A DNA stretch of 64,000 nucleotides. Source: Escherichia phage JSE. Each line of letters opens with the position of its first letter. The stretch's first letter is position 1. Below are positions 55,611 to 64,000 of the stretch, piece after piece. The DNA is taken from sequence record EU863408; one strand, 5' to 3'. The position numbers and the translations under genes were made by a program. The notes under the pieces were generated by a model that had not been told where the DNA came from, made no database searches, and saw only the letters and a program-made list of their open reading frames with translations.

Positions 55611-55852
55611 CGCATAGAAGCCCCTGAATCACATTTTGACGCTGTATGATGAAAACAGGTAGCGTACCAGTCATCGGCTTGTTTGTCTTCGTCAGAAAAC
55701 GCGTAATTGCGTTGTATACCGTTTTCTACTTTGACCAGTGCAATAGCTGTTTCTGGAAGATCAATCAATCGGACAAAATCACCATCTTCCCACTCTACAC
55801 GAGCAATATCATAGCCCATCTCAAAGTATACAATCGCTTGTTCTAATTTCAT
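55604..55852 (-). CDS. hypothetical protein (82 aa)
   Basis: ORF only. Confidence 0.4.
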   Translation of the reverse strand: MKLEQAIVYFEMGYDIARVEWEDGDFVRLIDLPETAIALVKVENGIQRNYAFSDEDKQADDWYATCFHHTASKCDSGASMRQ

Positions 55853-56172
55853 TCTGGAAACTTCCCGTAAACATTCTCTGCCAACTTACGTGCATCTTTT
55901 ACAATATCTTTCATGTAATGACTATAATTTTTAGCTAGATCAATGATGCAATCAACAAAGAAGTAATAGCGTCGCAGTGCTACCAGCTCAACATCTTCAA
56001 GATGACCATTTTCTCCAATCGCTGAAATGTGTTTAAATTCCTTTCGGATCGCGTCCATCGCTACATTAACTTCTTTTATAATATCTTTCGTATTATATGC
56101 ACCTCGACTAATCAAAATTTTGGTTAGGTCTTCTGCTTTTTCTTGAAAGTTGTCAATTTCAAACTCGATCAT
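55849..56172 (-). CDS. hypothetical protein (about 108 aa), paralog of 56287-56619
   Basis: Shared C-terminal motif A..ENVYGKF / ENIFGKF; ATG with GAGAGGTGA RBS. Confidence 0.45.
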   Translation of the reverse strand: MIEFEIDNFQEKAEDLTKILISRGAYNTKDIIKEVNVAMDAIRKEFKHISAIGENGHLEDVELVALRRYYFFVDCIIDLAKNYSHYMKDIVKDARKLAENVYGKFPE

Positions 56173-56284
56173 AATCACCTCTCATAATTTCACGCTGTTG
56201 TTTCAACATTTTTTCGTGGTTTGCTAATTCTATACCTTGTAATAGCATAACCAGTGCAATTTTCAATGATTCATCATCTTTCAT
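56159..56284 (-). CDS. small hypothetical protein (41 aa)
   Basis: Hand-translated ORF overlapping the downstream start. Confidence 0.25.
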   Translation of the reverse strand: MKDDESLKIALVMLLQGIELANHEKMLKQQREIMRGDYDRV

Positions 56285-56286
56285 AA

Positions 56287-56619
56287 TCAAAATTTACCGA
56301 AAATATTCTCTGTCATAATTCTTGCTTCGTCGATTATTTTCGTCATGTTCATGGTGTAGTTATGATCATTTAGTGCTTTAATAACAACGAGCAAGGAATC
56401 TAAAAACACTCGATACCGGGTATATTCTACGCTATTTGTGAATACCGATGTTTTCTCGACTTTATCGATCAGATAGCCTAAAACCGATAGCGCCTCGTTT
56501 ACTTCCCTTGTTACTTTATCGGCGCTAAACAACACCGGATAAAGACGCGGTGTGATTAACCGCGCTGCCTCTTTCAATTCGGTCGCTTTCCATGATTCAT
56601 ATTTGTCATAGTTAAACAT
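56287..56619 (-). CDS. hypothetical protein (110 aa), paralog of 55849-56172
   Basis: Shared C-terminal motif. Confidence 0.45.
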   Translation of the reverse strand: MFNYDKYESWKATELKEAARLITPRLYPVLFSADKVTREVNEALSVLGYLIDKVEKTSVFTNSVEYTRYRVFLDSLLVVIKALNDHNYTMNMTKIIDEARIMTENIFGKF

Positions 56620-56631
56620 TATATAATCCTC

Positions 56632-56964
56632 TTACAGATGAAAACCTGTTACGATCACCGCATCGATCATACCGCTAGGAATAAACGGTTCGCCCTCTTT
56701 TATTTCAACTTTGAATTGATGCCATTTCGCTAATACTTCTTCCGGTACACCCAGCGATTCGGCGTCTGCTTTAGTTTCATCCATAATCCAACTAGGCTGC
56801 ATGAGCGCATAGTTTACATAGTCCATTTCTGGGGTCATGTCATCAATGTTAATATATTTGCAGTTGACGCGTTTCAGAATTTCAAATTCTTTATTATCAA
56901 CCTGTACCATGTATAATTCAGTAGTTTCTGGGATCAGTTCCCACACAATCAGTACATTTTTCAT
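56632..56964 (-). CDS. hypothetical protein (110 aa)
   Basis: ORF only. Confidence 0.45.
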   Translation of the reverse strand: MKNVLIVWELIPETTELYMVQVDNKEFEILKRVNCKYINIDDMTPEMDYVNYALMQPSWIMDETKADAESLGVPEEVLAKWHQFKVEIKEGEPFIPSGMIDAVIVTGFHL

Positions 56965-56972
56965 AGTTCACC

Positions 56973-57341
56973 TCACTTAACAAAGATTTTCTTTAATGCT
57001 TTCAGGATCGTTGCTTCCGGCGCTTCTTCCGGTGGAGGAAGCAATTCTACCACTTCCTCTTCCAACTCGATATAGTCTACCAGATATTCTACATAGAATG
57101 CAAGTGCTTCCATGAAATTAGATGCTACATCCGATTCACCACAAGCGCCTACATGCATTGTATAAACATCACTGCGATCAAGTTTGTGGATGCTTCCCAG
57201 ATAGTTTCGGTTATACCAGACTTCCCACACTTTCAGCTTTCCGGTTTTGGTTGCTGTTTTATAATCGGTTTCGTAATGATGCAATTGACGTTGCAAATCA
57301 TTGATAATAACACATTTTTCGTAATTGTTTTGAATTTCCAT
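56973..57341 (-). CDS. hypothetical protein (122 aa)
   Basis: ORF only. Confidence 0.45.
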   Translation of the reverse strand: MEIQNNYEKCVIINDLQRQLHHYETDYKTATKTGKLKVWEVWYNRNYLGSIHKLDRSDVYTMHVGACGESDVASNFMEALAFYVEYLVDYIELEEEVVELLPPPEEAPEATILKALKKIFVK

Positions 57342-57351
57342 GATGTAATCC

Positions 57352-57543
57352 TCACTTATCGTTAAGAAGTTCTAAAACTTTCTGTCGTACTTTGTCAATA
57401 TTAGTTGATTCAAAAACTGTACGGTATCCCCAGCTTTGACCGTATGATCGCGAGCAATCCCCATATCCCCATTGTTCAACCTGATAGTATTCAAGGAATG
57501 GGTGCTGCCGAACTATGATACCATCGCGATTAAAAATTACCAT
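57352..57543 (-). CDS. hypothetical protein (63 aa)
   Basis: ORF only. Confidence 0.4.
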   Translation of the reverse strand: MVIFNRDGIIVRQHPFLEYYQVEQWGYGDCSRSYGQSWGYRTVFESTNIDKVRQKVLELLNDK

Positions 57544-57566
57544 AATATAATCCTCACGTCAACAAC

Positions 57567-57851
57567 TTATTTTCGGTTGTACTTCTGCCACTTTCGGTAA
57601 TACTGTTTGTAAAATTGTTTTACGTTTTCACCATCTTTACTATACATGTTATCTACCATCAAGTCAATAAGACCTCCCGGTGTCTGGTAGTTCCCCGCTC
57701 GGATAAGTTCTTTAATTAAAGTGTCCTGATGATCTTTGTATACTACGTTAATGATGGTCTTTTCTGCTTTCTTCGTCCCGACCATCCGGTGATTAGCTTT
57801 CATCGCATCCCACCAATCTTTTGTGATCTTCATGTTATTAAATTTCATCAC
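57567..57851 (-). CDS. hypothetical protein (94 aa)
   Basis: ORF only. Confidence 0.45.
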   Translation of the reverse strand: MMKFNNMKITKDWWDAMKANHRMVGTKKAEKTIINVVYKDHQDTLIKELIRAGNYQTPGGLIDLMVDNMYSKDGENVKQFYKQYYRKWQKYNRK

Positions 57852-58666
57852 TTAACCTCTTCGCAAGTATATCTCCACTCAATACGTTTTTCGTTTCCAC
57901 CGCGCTCAGCATCATAGATATGACGGAATGTCAATTTGCTTTCATCATCAACAAGTTTATTTCCTTCGAATTTAGCGCCATGTTTTGCAGAGAATATCAA
58001 TCCGATTTTATAATCTTCGCTGTTGATCATAGTTCCGTTATCTGTGATTTCAAAATCCATAACTACAGGGTCTTGCATTGTGCTGGAGATCATGATTTTA
58101 GCAATGTCACCTCTCTTAGAAACTTGAATTTTTGCATTTCGTTTCATAATATCATCATCTTCTACACTCATTCCATTGATTGTAGTAATTTTAACAACTT
58201 TCGGGCAAATGTAGGAAAACGTGGTTTTCTTCGGATTAATTACTTCCGGCTGTTTCTCTTCAACCTTCGGTTCTTCCACCACTTTTTCTTCCTGTTTCGG
58301 TTGTTCTTCTTCAACCTTCGCAGAAGTCTCTGAATCGCTTTCTGGTGCTGTTTCTTCTTTAGGTAATACATTCATCAAGTTTTGAATTTGAGCGTTATAT
58401 ACAGCCTCCAGTGGCTGAATCTGCCCGATATTGATCATTGTATCACGAACAGTTTTATTCCAGTTGCGTTGCTCTTGTTTCAGAGACGGATCAATCTTAA
58501 CAGCCTTAACATACACCTCATGAAGTTTAGAGTCCAGTGCGGAGATTGACTCATTAGCACAAATAAACTTCTCTGATTTGGTAGTAGCTTTAGCGCAATC
58601 AAAGGACGCAGCGTTAGCACCGAAAGCAGTAGCAGAAAGAACGATAGCAGCGATAATGTTTTTCAT
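57848..58666 (-). CDS. secreted protein with DUF1311/LprI-like N-terminal domain
   Basis: Signal peptide (..FGANA/AS); SFDCAKATTKSEKFIC...L.D..L..VY and W-containing segment typical of DUF1311; Glu/Lys-rich linker. Confidence 0.5.
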   Translation of the reverse strand: MKNIIAAIVLSATAFGANAASFDCAKATTKSEKFICANESISALDSKLHEVYVKAVKIDPSLKQEQRNWNKTVRDTMINIGQIQPLEAVYNAQIQNLMNVLPKEETAPESDSETSAKVEEEQPKQEEKVVEEPKVEEKQPEVINPKKTTFSYICPKVVKITTINGMSVEDDDIMKRNAKIQVSKRGDIAKIMISSTMQDPVVMDFEITDNGTMINSEDYKIGLIFSAKHGAKFEGNKLVDDESKLTFRHIYDAERGGNEKRIEWRYTCEEVK

Positions 58667-58700
58667 AATATATTCCTCAGTGTTTTGTCTTGATGGGAGT

Positions 58701-58729
58701 ATCTTACTACTCCCTTAATCCGGTGTCAA
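58701..58729 (-). promoter_or_regulatory. PeSL-type early promoter
   Basis: TTGACA, 17 nt, TAAGAT within palindrome GGGAGTAGTAAGATACTCCC. Confidence 0.5.
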
Positions 58730-58737
58730 CTACTTTT

Positions 58738-58893
58738 TTAAATTTCTTCTACAGTAAAATCTTCAATGTTGTTGTGCTCGGCGAACGTTGCAAGACCAGC
58801 ATTCCATGCATCATCCTCAGAGAAGAATACACCGTAACGTTCATATCCTTTAGCGCCTTCAAATTTAACCATTAATTTGTGAGTATGTTTCAT
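58738..58893 (-). CDS. small hypothetical protein (about 51 aa from MKHTHK)
   Basis: ORF-track frame trimmed to the ATG with GGAGAATCAAA RBS. Confidence 0.35.
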   Translation of the reverse strand: MKHTHKLMVKFEGAKGYERYGVFFSEDDAWNAGLATFAEHNNIEDFTVEEI

Positions 58894-58924
58894 TTTGATT
58901 CTCCTTCGTTGTCTTGATGAGTTT

Positions 58925-58953
58925 AGTATAGGGGATCGCCGATCCCCTGTCAA
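58925..58953 (-). promoter_or_regulatory. PeSL-type early promoter
   Basis: TTGACA, spacer GGGGATCGGCGATCCCC, TATACT. Confidence 0.55.
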
Positions 58954-58963
58954 CAACTATTTT

Positions 58964-59176
58964 TTAATTTTTACCCGCTCGTGCATTAATACGCATTTTC
59001 TGCATAGCCATGATCTGGCTTACTGCTTCTTCTTTACGTTCTTGCGTGATAACGTGACCAGATTCCGCAAACTCTCCCGCAACTTCTTCTACGATCTCGC
59101 GAACTTGAGAACGTCCAAAGATGCGGTTTCCTTCGTAGCTCATAAATTCTGTTACTACTTGCTCGATAGATTTCAT
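58964..59176 (-). CDS. hypothetical protein (about 70 aa from MKSIEQ)
   Basis: ORF-track frame trimmed to the ATG with GGAGAATCAC RBS. Confidence 0.4.
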   Translation of the reverse strand: MKSIEQVVTEFMSYEGNRIFGRSQVREIVEEVAGEFAESGHVITQERKEEAVSQIMAMQKMRINARAGKN

Positions 59177-59205
59177 GTGATTCTCCTTTCGTTTGGTATG
59201 GGAGT

Positions 59206-59234
59206 ATAATACTACTCCCATTTCTTTACGTCAA
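59206..59234 (-). promoter_or_regulatory. PeSL-type early promoter
   Basis: TTGACG, 17 nt, TATTAT within palindrome GGGAGTAGTATTATACTCCC. Confidence 0.45.
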
Positions 59235-59237
59235 CAA

Positions 59238-59400
59238 CTATTTTAAATTATTTTCGACCTTCACCCATTCCGCGTATTCTTGCGCGGCTACTTTCGGATT
59301 TAGGCCGTCTTCGTACATTGCTTCAAGTAATTCTTCGTCGGTGGGCTTATACCCTAGATAAGCCTCCACCTGATTTTTCCAAATTTTATACCAGTTCATA
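59238..59400 (-). CDS. small hypothetical protein (about 54 aa from MNWYK)
   Basis: ORF-track frame trimmed to an internal ATG. Confidence 0.3.
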
Positions 59401-59403
59401 TTA

Positions 59404-59676
59404 TCACCAGTCAAGAGCGCGTGTCTCTGCGTCTTCCCATGCTTGATCCATAACAGCCTTGAAAACATATTCTAGAGTATCATCTTTAGAGAATCCGAAG
59501 ACTTTAGACGGAATATCTTCAATTGCTACTCCAGCAACTTCTGCATTACGCGCTTGGCAATAATGCAACTCTAAGTTATCGAGATAGCGACCGCCTAATT
59601 TCTCCATATCATCCCAGCATTTCCAGTAACCTACTTTATTTGCAATTACTAACACTTTGCTGTTTTCGTTGCTCAT
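59404..59676 (-). CDS. hypothetical protein (about 90 aa from MSNENSK)
   Basis: ORF-track frame trimmed to the ATG with GGAGAATCAAAG RBS. Confidence 0.4.
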   Translation of the reverse strand: MSNENSKVLVIANKVGYWKCWDDMEKLGGRYLDNLELHYCQARNAEVAGVAIEDIPSKVFGFSKDDTLEYVFKAVMDQAWEDAETRALDW

Positions 59677-59707
59677 CTTTGATTCTCCTTTTGTTTGGTA
59701 TGTGTGT

Positions 59708-59736
59708 ATTATGCGAGTCTGGATTCGTGAAGTCAA
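59708..59736 (-). promoter_or_regulatory. sigma70-like early promoter
   Basis: TTGACT, 17 nt, CATAAT. Confidence 0.45.
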
Positions 59737-59750
59737 CAACTTTTTAAAAT

Positions 59751-59786
59751 AAAAAAGCCGACCACAAGGATCGGCTTAATAATCAG
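59751..59786 (-). terminator. rho-independent terminator (minus strand)
   Basis: GCCGATCC-loop-GTGGTCGGC hairpin followed by TTTTTTATTTT on the minus strand. Confidence 0.65.
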
Positions 59787-60182
59787 TTACTTACTAAATT
59801 TCTTTTTGGCTTCGTCTACCGCATGAGATGCCAGTACCGCAGCCGCATGTGCACTTTTATCTGTGTTGCAGAGAACGCCCAGATAAACATCACGCCAAAG
59901 TTTAATCATCTCGTAGATCATATCAATATCATTTTCTTGTTTGTTGGCGATGCTATTCGTCGTTATCTGGTAAGGTAACGGCTTGATCTGTACTGGTTCC
60001 GCCATCGGGCTAATCGGTTTCGGATCAGTCATAATAGGTGCTGTTGTGGGTGGTGTTTTCCATACACCATTATTCCACGGTTTAATCGTTGTGTCGTAAA
60101 GTTTATAAGGATTTTTGTCTGGGTCAACCATCCATGCATGATGAGTACCCAAACCATTTGAAGTGATGCGTCGTTCAGTCAT
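59787..60182 (-). CDS. hypothetical protein (131 aa)
   Basis: ORF only. Confidence 0.45.
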   Translation of the reverse strand: MTERRITSNGLGTHHAWMVDPDKNPYKLYDTTIKPWNNGVWKTPPTTAPIMTDPKPISPMAEPVQIKPLPYQITTNSIANKQENDIDMIYEMIKLWRDVYLGVLCNTDKSAHAAAVLASHAVDEAKKKFSK

Positions 60183-60185
60183 AAT

Positions 60186-60389
60186 TTATTTCCTCTCTGA
60201 AAATTCTTTCATCAAGCTGTCGATCTTTGCTCTGTGTTCTGGTGTGTTTGTCATCTCTGCTAATTTGCTCAGAGATTCACTGGTGATCCGGTTGGATTCT
60301 TCCAGTGTTTCAACGACCATTGGCACAATCTTTTTATTTTTGTACACAAATGCAATATAACCGCCTTCTGGATATTCTTTCATAATCAA
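60186..60389 (-). CDS. hypothetical protein (67 aa)
   Basis: ORF only. Confidence 0.4.
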   Translation of the reverse strand: MIMKEYPEGGYIAFVYKNKKIVPMVVETLEESNRITSESLSKLAEMTNTPEHRAKIDSLMKEFSERK

Positions 60390-61765
60390 CCCTTCTTAAG
60401 TTCTTTAAGATCTTTCTTATATTCCTTCATTGCGGTCGTCTTTGTCCAATACTCATATTCACTATGATGTTTATCGGCATCTTTGACCAGTCGATCATAC
60501 TCTTCTTGAGTAACGCTATACAATGGCATAGAAACTAGCTTATCGGCGTATGGACGCAGTTTTTCATGTCCATTGATGGATTGCATTACCTCGGCCTTTT
60601 TCTTGCCCTGTAGCTCGATTTCGCCCTTAATTACGCGATCGATAAATTCGGCTTTAGCCATTGCATAATTGTATGCTTCCAGCGTTTCCGCTTGCATCAA
60701 TTCAATGCGTTTATCGACATACCCTAATCGGATTTCGACGAATCGACGGATCAGATCGCTCGCTTTCTCGAATACTTCTACTAAACCACGTTCATTAACC
60801 ACTACTATATTCTGGGCTACTAACTGTGTTAGTTTAAAATCCTTCATGATTTGCTCATGTCGAGCGGATTCATCTTCGCTTTTGAAATAATCGCGTTTCA
60901 GTGTTACTTCAAATCTGAATCCATCCTTAGAGCAACGGTCATTATACGATACAATCAGATCTTTTTCTTCCAGTGCATCCAGTACCGCTACATATTCTTC
61001 ACGGTCGAACTTATAAGGAACTTCTGATATTGTCAGCTTAGTCTTGCCGTTTAGTTCATATGTACCCTCAAGAATCACACCATCGCGGTCATCACGAGGG
61101 ATAACTTTACCCGTGAATTTCGGGAATTGAACACTAGGTTCTTTATCCAGTTTTCCGGCAAGTGCTAGCTCTGTGCATTCAATAAGGCTTTCCAGTGAAT
61201 GCGGTAAAATGTCAGTTTTATACCCTGTAGCAATACCACTAATACCATTAGCCAATACCATTGGCACAACTGGCAAGTAGAACGCTGGCGGGATGTGTTC
61301 CAGATCTTCGTGCTTAGGTGCGCAATTCATATCTTTATAGATTTTAAAGAAGTTTTCATGCACACGAGCAAAGATATAACGTGCCGCACCTGCTTTCTGG
61401 ACTAAACGCGATCCGAAGTTACCTTGACCGTCAAGCAGTGGAGTATTATTGCTCCATGTATTCGCCATGAGTGATCCGGCTTCTACGGCATTAGTTTCCC
61501 CGTGGTGATAACCCAACTCAGCAACACCAGATCCAATATCTGCCATCTTACGGAATTTCTTACGGTCGCCTTTACTCTTTTGAAGTGCGCACTCCATAAC
61601 AAAGCGTTGCACTGGTTTAAGTCCATCCACCAATTGAGGAATCCCGCGTTCCTCGGCAGAATAGATCGCATATTCCTTAGCTTCATTATGTACAATGCTT
61701 TCAAGGCTGCGGTAAGTAAATGTGTTTACAATTTGACTAATTTTATCCATCTTCACCTCATACAC
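60386..61765 (-). CDS. 52: DNA topoisomerase II medium subunit gp52
   Basis: GyrA-like motifs (DGLKPVQRF, active-site Tyr region, GQGNFGS); size as T4 gp52. Confidence 0.85.
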   Translation of the reverse strand: MYEVKMDKISQIVNTFTYRSLESIVHNEAKEYAIYSAEERGIPQLVDGLKPVQRFVMECALQKSKGDRKKFRKMADIGSGVAELGYHHGETNAVEAGSLMANTWSNNTPLLDGQGNFGSRLVQKAGAARYIFARVHENFFKIYKDMNCAPKHEDLEHIPPAFYLPVVPMVLANGISGIATGYKTDILPHSLESLIECTELALAGKLDKEPSVQFPKFTGKVIPRDDRDGVILEGTYELNGKTKLTISEVPYKFDREEYVAVLDALEEKDLIVSYNDRCSKDGFRFEVTLKRDYFKSEDESARHEQIMKDFKLTQLVAQNIVVVNERGLVEVFEKASDLIRRFVEIRLGYVDKRIELMQAETLEAYNYAMAKAEFIDRVIKGEIELQGKKKAEVMQSINGHEKLRPYADKLVSMPLYSVTQEEYDRLVKDADKHHSEYEYWTKTTAMKEYKKDLKELKKG

Positions 61766-62120
61766 GCTTACAAATCACATTCTTTACTTTATCAGATTTA
61801 TCAGCCCAATCCAATAGCCATTTTAACGGAAGGATTGACACAATAAACGGGGCAGCAATCAAAGCAAACATGATACACCTGATAATCAGGAAAACGCAAG
61901 TGACAAAACTAGCGATAGTGATCCCGACAAAACAAAATACCATAGAAAACAGAGTAATGATATAGAAAGGCCAGAATACCCACTCCCGCATCTTAACGCC
62001 TTTGTATTCTCTGAATTGCTTAAAATCTACAAACAACTCTCGGATAGACGCGTACAGGACCGAAAAATCATCTTTCATTGCTCTGAATGAGCAATCTTCT
62101 ATTTTAGAATGACCTAGCAT
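61758..62120 (-). CDS. membrane protein (120 aa)
   Basis: Central hydrophobic helices. Confidence 0.45.
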   Translation of the reverse strand: MLGHSKIEDCSFRAMKDDFSVLYASIRELFVDFKQFREYKGVKMREWVFWPFYIITLFSMVFCFVGITIASFVTCVFLIIRCIMFALIAAPFIVSILPLKWLLDWADKSDKVKNVICKRV

Positions 62121-62122
62121 TA

Positions 62123-62416
62123 TTAACCGCCTTTCATCATTGATACAGGAATTGTTTTCTGATTTGTGTATAATTGGCCTACTTCAATTTTTTCTTGAAT
62201 CACCACGACGTTACAATATCCACTGTCTTTAAGTTTTCTGATAATGACTCGCTTTTGTTCGTCGGTGATAGGATTGACTGTTCTCACCAATTCACCGCAA
62301 ATAATAGCACCATCTTTACAATTGCCAGTAACTTTCATGCTACGACCGTGAACAACAACCACGTCACCGTAAATCACATTTTCGTCGTCGTATTTGGTAA
62401 TAACCGTGACCGTCAT
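62123..62416 (-). CDS. hypothetical protein (97 aa)
   Basis: ORF only. Confidence 0.4.
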   Translation of the reverse strand: MTVTVITKYDDENVIYGDVVVVHGRSMKVTGNCKDGAIICGELVRTVNPITDEQKRVIIRKLKDSGYCNVVVIQEKIEVGQLYTNQKTIPVSMMKGG

Positions 62417-62461
62417 AATGTATTCCCTCTAAGAAAGGCCGCGCAAAGCGGCCTATGTTGA

Positions 62462-62788
62462 TTATTGTTCTACAGTATAACCGTTGTTTTCAAGCCATGC
62501 AATAACAATCTTTTCGCCAATTTCATCGAGCATTTCATCAGCGCCGTATTCTTTAATGAAAGTAGATGGATCATTATTGCTTACTACGTGCTGGATCACA
62601 ACATGTTCAGGAATTGCGTCTAGCAGTTCACTATGATCATACTCATTAACGATATCTTCAACACTAACATTATTAACCAAATCAACATCATCCATCGTCA
62701 CAGTAACGCGACCGGACGGACGCAATGAATATTGGCTACTTTCAACTTCAACATGTGCACTTTCGCAAGTAACTTTCATATCAATCAT
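62462..62788 (-). CDS. hypothetical acidic protein (108 aa)
   Basis: ORF only. Confidence 0.4.
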   Translation of the reverse strand: MIDMKVTCESAHVEVESSQYSLRPSGRVTVTMDDVDLVNNVSVEDIVNEYDHSELLDAIPEHVVIQHVVSNNDPSTFIKEYGADEMLDEIGEKIVIAWLENNGYTVEQ

Positions 62789-62802
62789 AATTAATTCCTC
62801 TG

Positions 62803-63804
62803 TTAGTAATGGCTAAACCCTTCGGTCACATCTTCAACCACATAGTAACGATGACAGCGCATTTTGGCATTCGCATAATCTTTCGGGATACTTACAACGT
62901 GACGCGGATCAACTTTACATTTAATGATTCGGCCTCGTCCACCGCCATAGTGCGGAATATAGTGTTTCGCTGCAACGTGGAGGCCATTAGAGCAAGTGCG
63001 ATCATCATCTGGGTCCACGTCTTTACGATTCATTTTAACCGTGCGCCCTGGGCTATTATCAAACGTATGAGTAAAGAAATCTTTATAATCAACATCAACA
63101 CGTTTCCATGCATAGAAACAACCATCTTCCCCGATCTCAATGTCGTTGTGCTCTAAGAAGTCAAATAGACGATCTACCGCCTTACGGCTAGGGTTTTTCT
63201 TGCACTTCTCAAAGAAATTCAGATAGTGCGTATATGGCTTATTCTCTTTAATCGACTCAACAACTCGACGAGTCAGATTATTATCAAGAACAATATTATG
63301 ATAATACACAATACCATTTTCGATACGGAAAGCACCATGATAATATACTTCAACCGCTTTCTTAATGTCAATCAGCGTAATAGCTTTGATGAAATCATTA
63401 TGTTTAATCGCTTCCAGTGCTTCATTAAAGTTAACATGCGACGGATCAGCAGTATAAACAATGTCACCACATGTAATAGTAATAAACTTAGTTGAGGCTA
63501 TTGCTACGATTTTTGAGGAAGTAGTCACGGGCTTTTTTGCGCGTTCACCGCCTTTTCCTTTACTGGTTTTACGGCGTGCTTTACGTTTTTCTAGTGCCTT
63601 GCGACCTTCCGCTACAGCGTCTTTCTGAATCAGTAATACACGGGAGGCAGTACGACGAGATACCCCAAATGCTGCCGCAAGTGCTTCGCGGGTAGTAAAC
63701 TTACCTTCGCCCCACTGTTTAGCCAGTTTGATTTGTTTCGCAGAATCCAGGCATTGAACGTTACGGTCAGAGACGGTAATTTTTGCTTTAGACATAGTAT
63801 TCAT
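62803..63804 (-). CDS. rIIB: rIIB-like protein
   Basis: N-terminal HTH-like segment and C-terminal KAVDRLFDFL..DIEI.EDG.FYAWK, TFDNSPGR.VKM, VVSIP.DY.NAKMR, VVEDVTE resemble T4 rIIB from memory; position next to gene 52 block. Confidence 0.55.
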   Translation of the reverse strand: MNTMSKAKITVSDRNVQCLDSAKQIKLAKQWGEGKFTTREALAAAFGVSRRTASRVLLIQKDAVAEGRKALEKRKARRKTSKGKGGERAKKPVTTSSKIVAIASTKFITITCGDIVYTADPSHVNFNEALEAIKHNDFIKAITLIDIKKAVEVYYHGAFRIENGIVYYHNIVLDNNLTRRVVESIKENKPYTHYLNFFEKCKKNPSRKAVDRLFDFLEHNDIEIGEDGCFYAWKRVDVDYKDFFTHTFDNSPGRTVKMNRKDVDPDDDRTCSNGLHVAAKHYIPHYGGGRGRIIKCKVDPRHVVSIPKDYANAKMRCHRYYVVEDVTEGFSHY

Positions 63805-63857
63805 TCCTCTATTAGTTGGGCGACTATCGCCGCCCGATTCACATCATTATACCAGAA

Positions 63858-63987
63858 TTATTTTGCTTCTACAACCTTGCGGATTGTGCGGTCTGATACA
63901 TTATAGATTCGTGCCAGTTCGCCTTTAGTCAAGCCGCGAGCGTATTGTTTACGGATGGTTTCTTTCTGGATAGCGGTCAGTTTAGTC
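63858..63987 (-). pseudogene. small HTH protein gene at window edge, frame broken at a T5 run (63959-63963)
   Basis: ATG with GAGGTG RBS opens MTKLTAIQK; HTH-like continuation TIRKQYARGLTKGELARIYNVSDRTIRKVVEAK lies in the next frame. Confidence 0.3.
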
Positions 63988-64000
63988 ATAATATCACCTC

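Noticed and set aside
55570-60400. Searched for asiA, motA, arn, ndd and denB homologs in the small-gene block between holin t and gene 52
   Set aside because: None of the ORFs resembles the T4 proteins as far as I can recall their sequences; left as hypothetical
1-64000. tRNA genes or other structured RNA genes
   Set aside because: No cloverleaf-like segments or intergenic regions of suitable size were seen; intergenic space is almost entirely promoters, terminators and ribosome-binding sites

Overview
This window reads as a contiguous segment of a T4-like (Tevenvirinae-type) myophage genome; all calls are from reading the translations and sequence, with no database search run. The plus strand carries late structural modules, most behind a TATAAATA late-promoter motif: uvsW/uvsW.1, baseplate hub and tail-tube genes 51-27-28-29-48-54, long tail fiber genes 34-35-36-37 and holin t. 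The minus strand carries early and middle genes in T4 order: hoc, uvsY-25-26, alt, ligase 30, 31, cd, pseT, rnlA, denA, nrdB, an HNH endonuclease, nrdA, td, frd, 32, 59, 33, dsbA, rnh, 52 and rIIB. Between alt and gene 30 (about 16.6-24.6 kb), and again at 32.7-33.4 kb and 55.6-60.2 kb, lie blocks of small minus-strand ORFs, each preceded by a sigma70-like promoter whose 17-nt spacer is a GC-rich palindrome, resembling the promoter-early stem-loop (PeSL) cassettes reported for RB49-group phages. The most interesting candidates for undescribed biology are: a translationally coupled DUF262 (ParB-like) / zinc-ribbon / compact C5-methyltransferase-like operon; a multi-copy family of about 100-aa proteins sharing a C-terminal HxHW...V-I-A-x-D-V-x-P-x-E-A-D motif; a NADAR-like protein next to DNA ligase; a CYTH-like protein between dsbA and rnh; a second Alt-like ADP-ribosyltransferase with a lipoprotein; and a thymidylate synthase with a roughly 130-aa in-frame insertion. 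Four genes, including essential gp27, are broken at homopolymer runs, which most likely reflects sequencing error. No tRNA, CRISPR array or group I intron was seen. Hand-derived coordinates for small ORFs, promoters and hairpins may be off by a few nucleotides.
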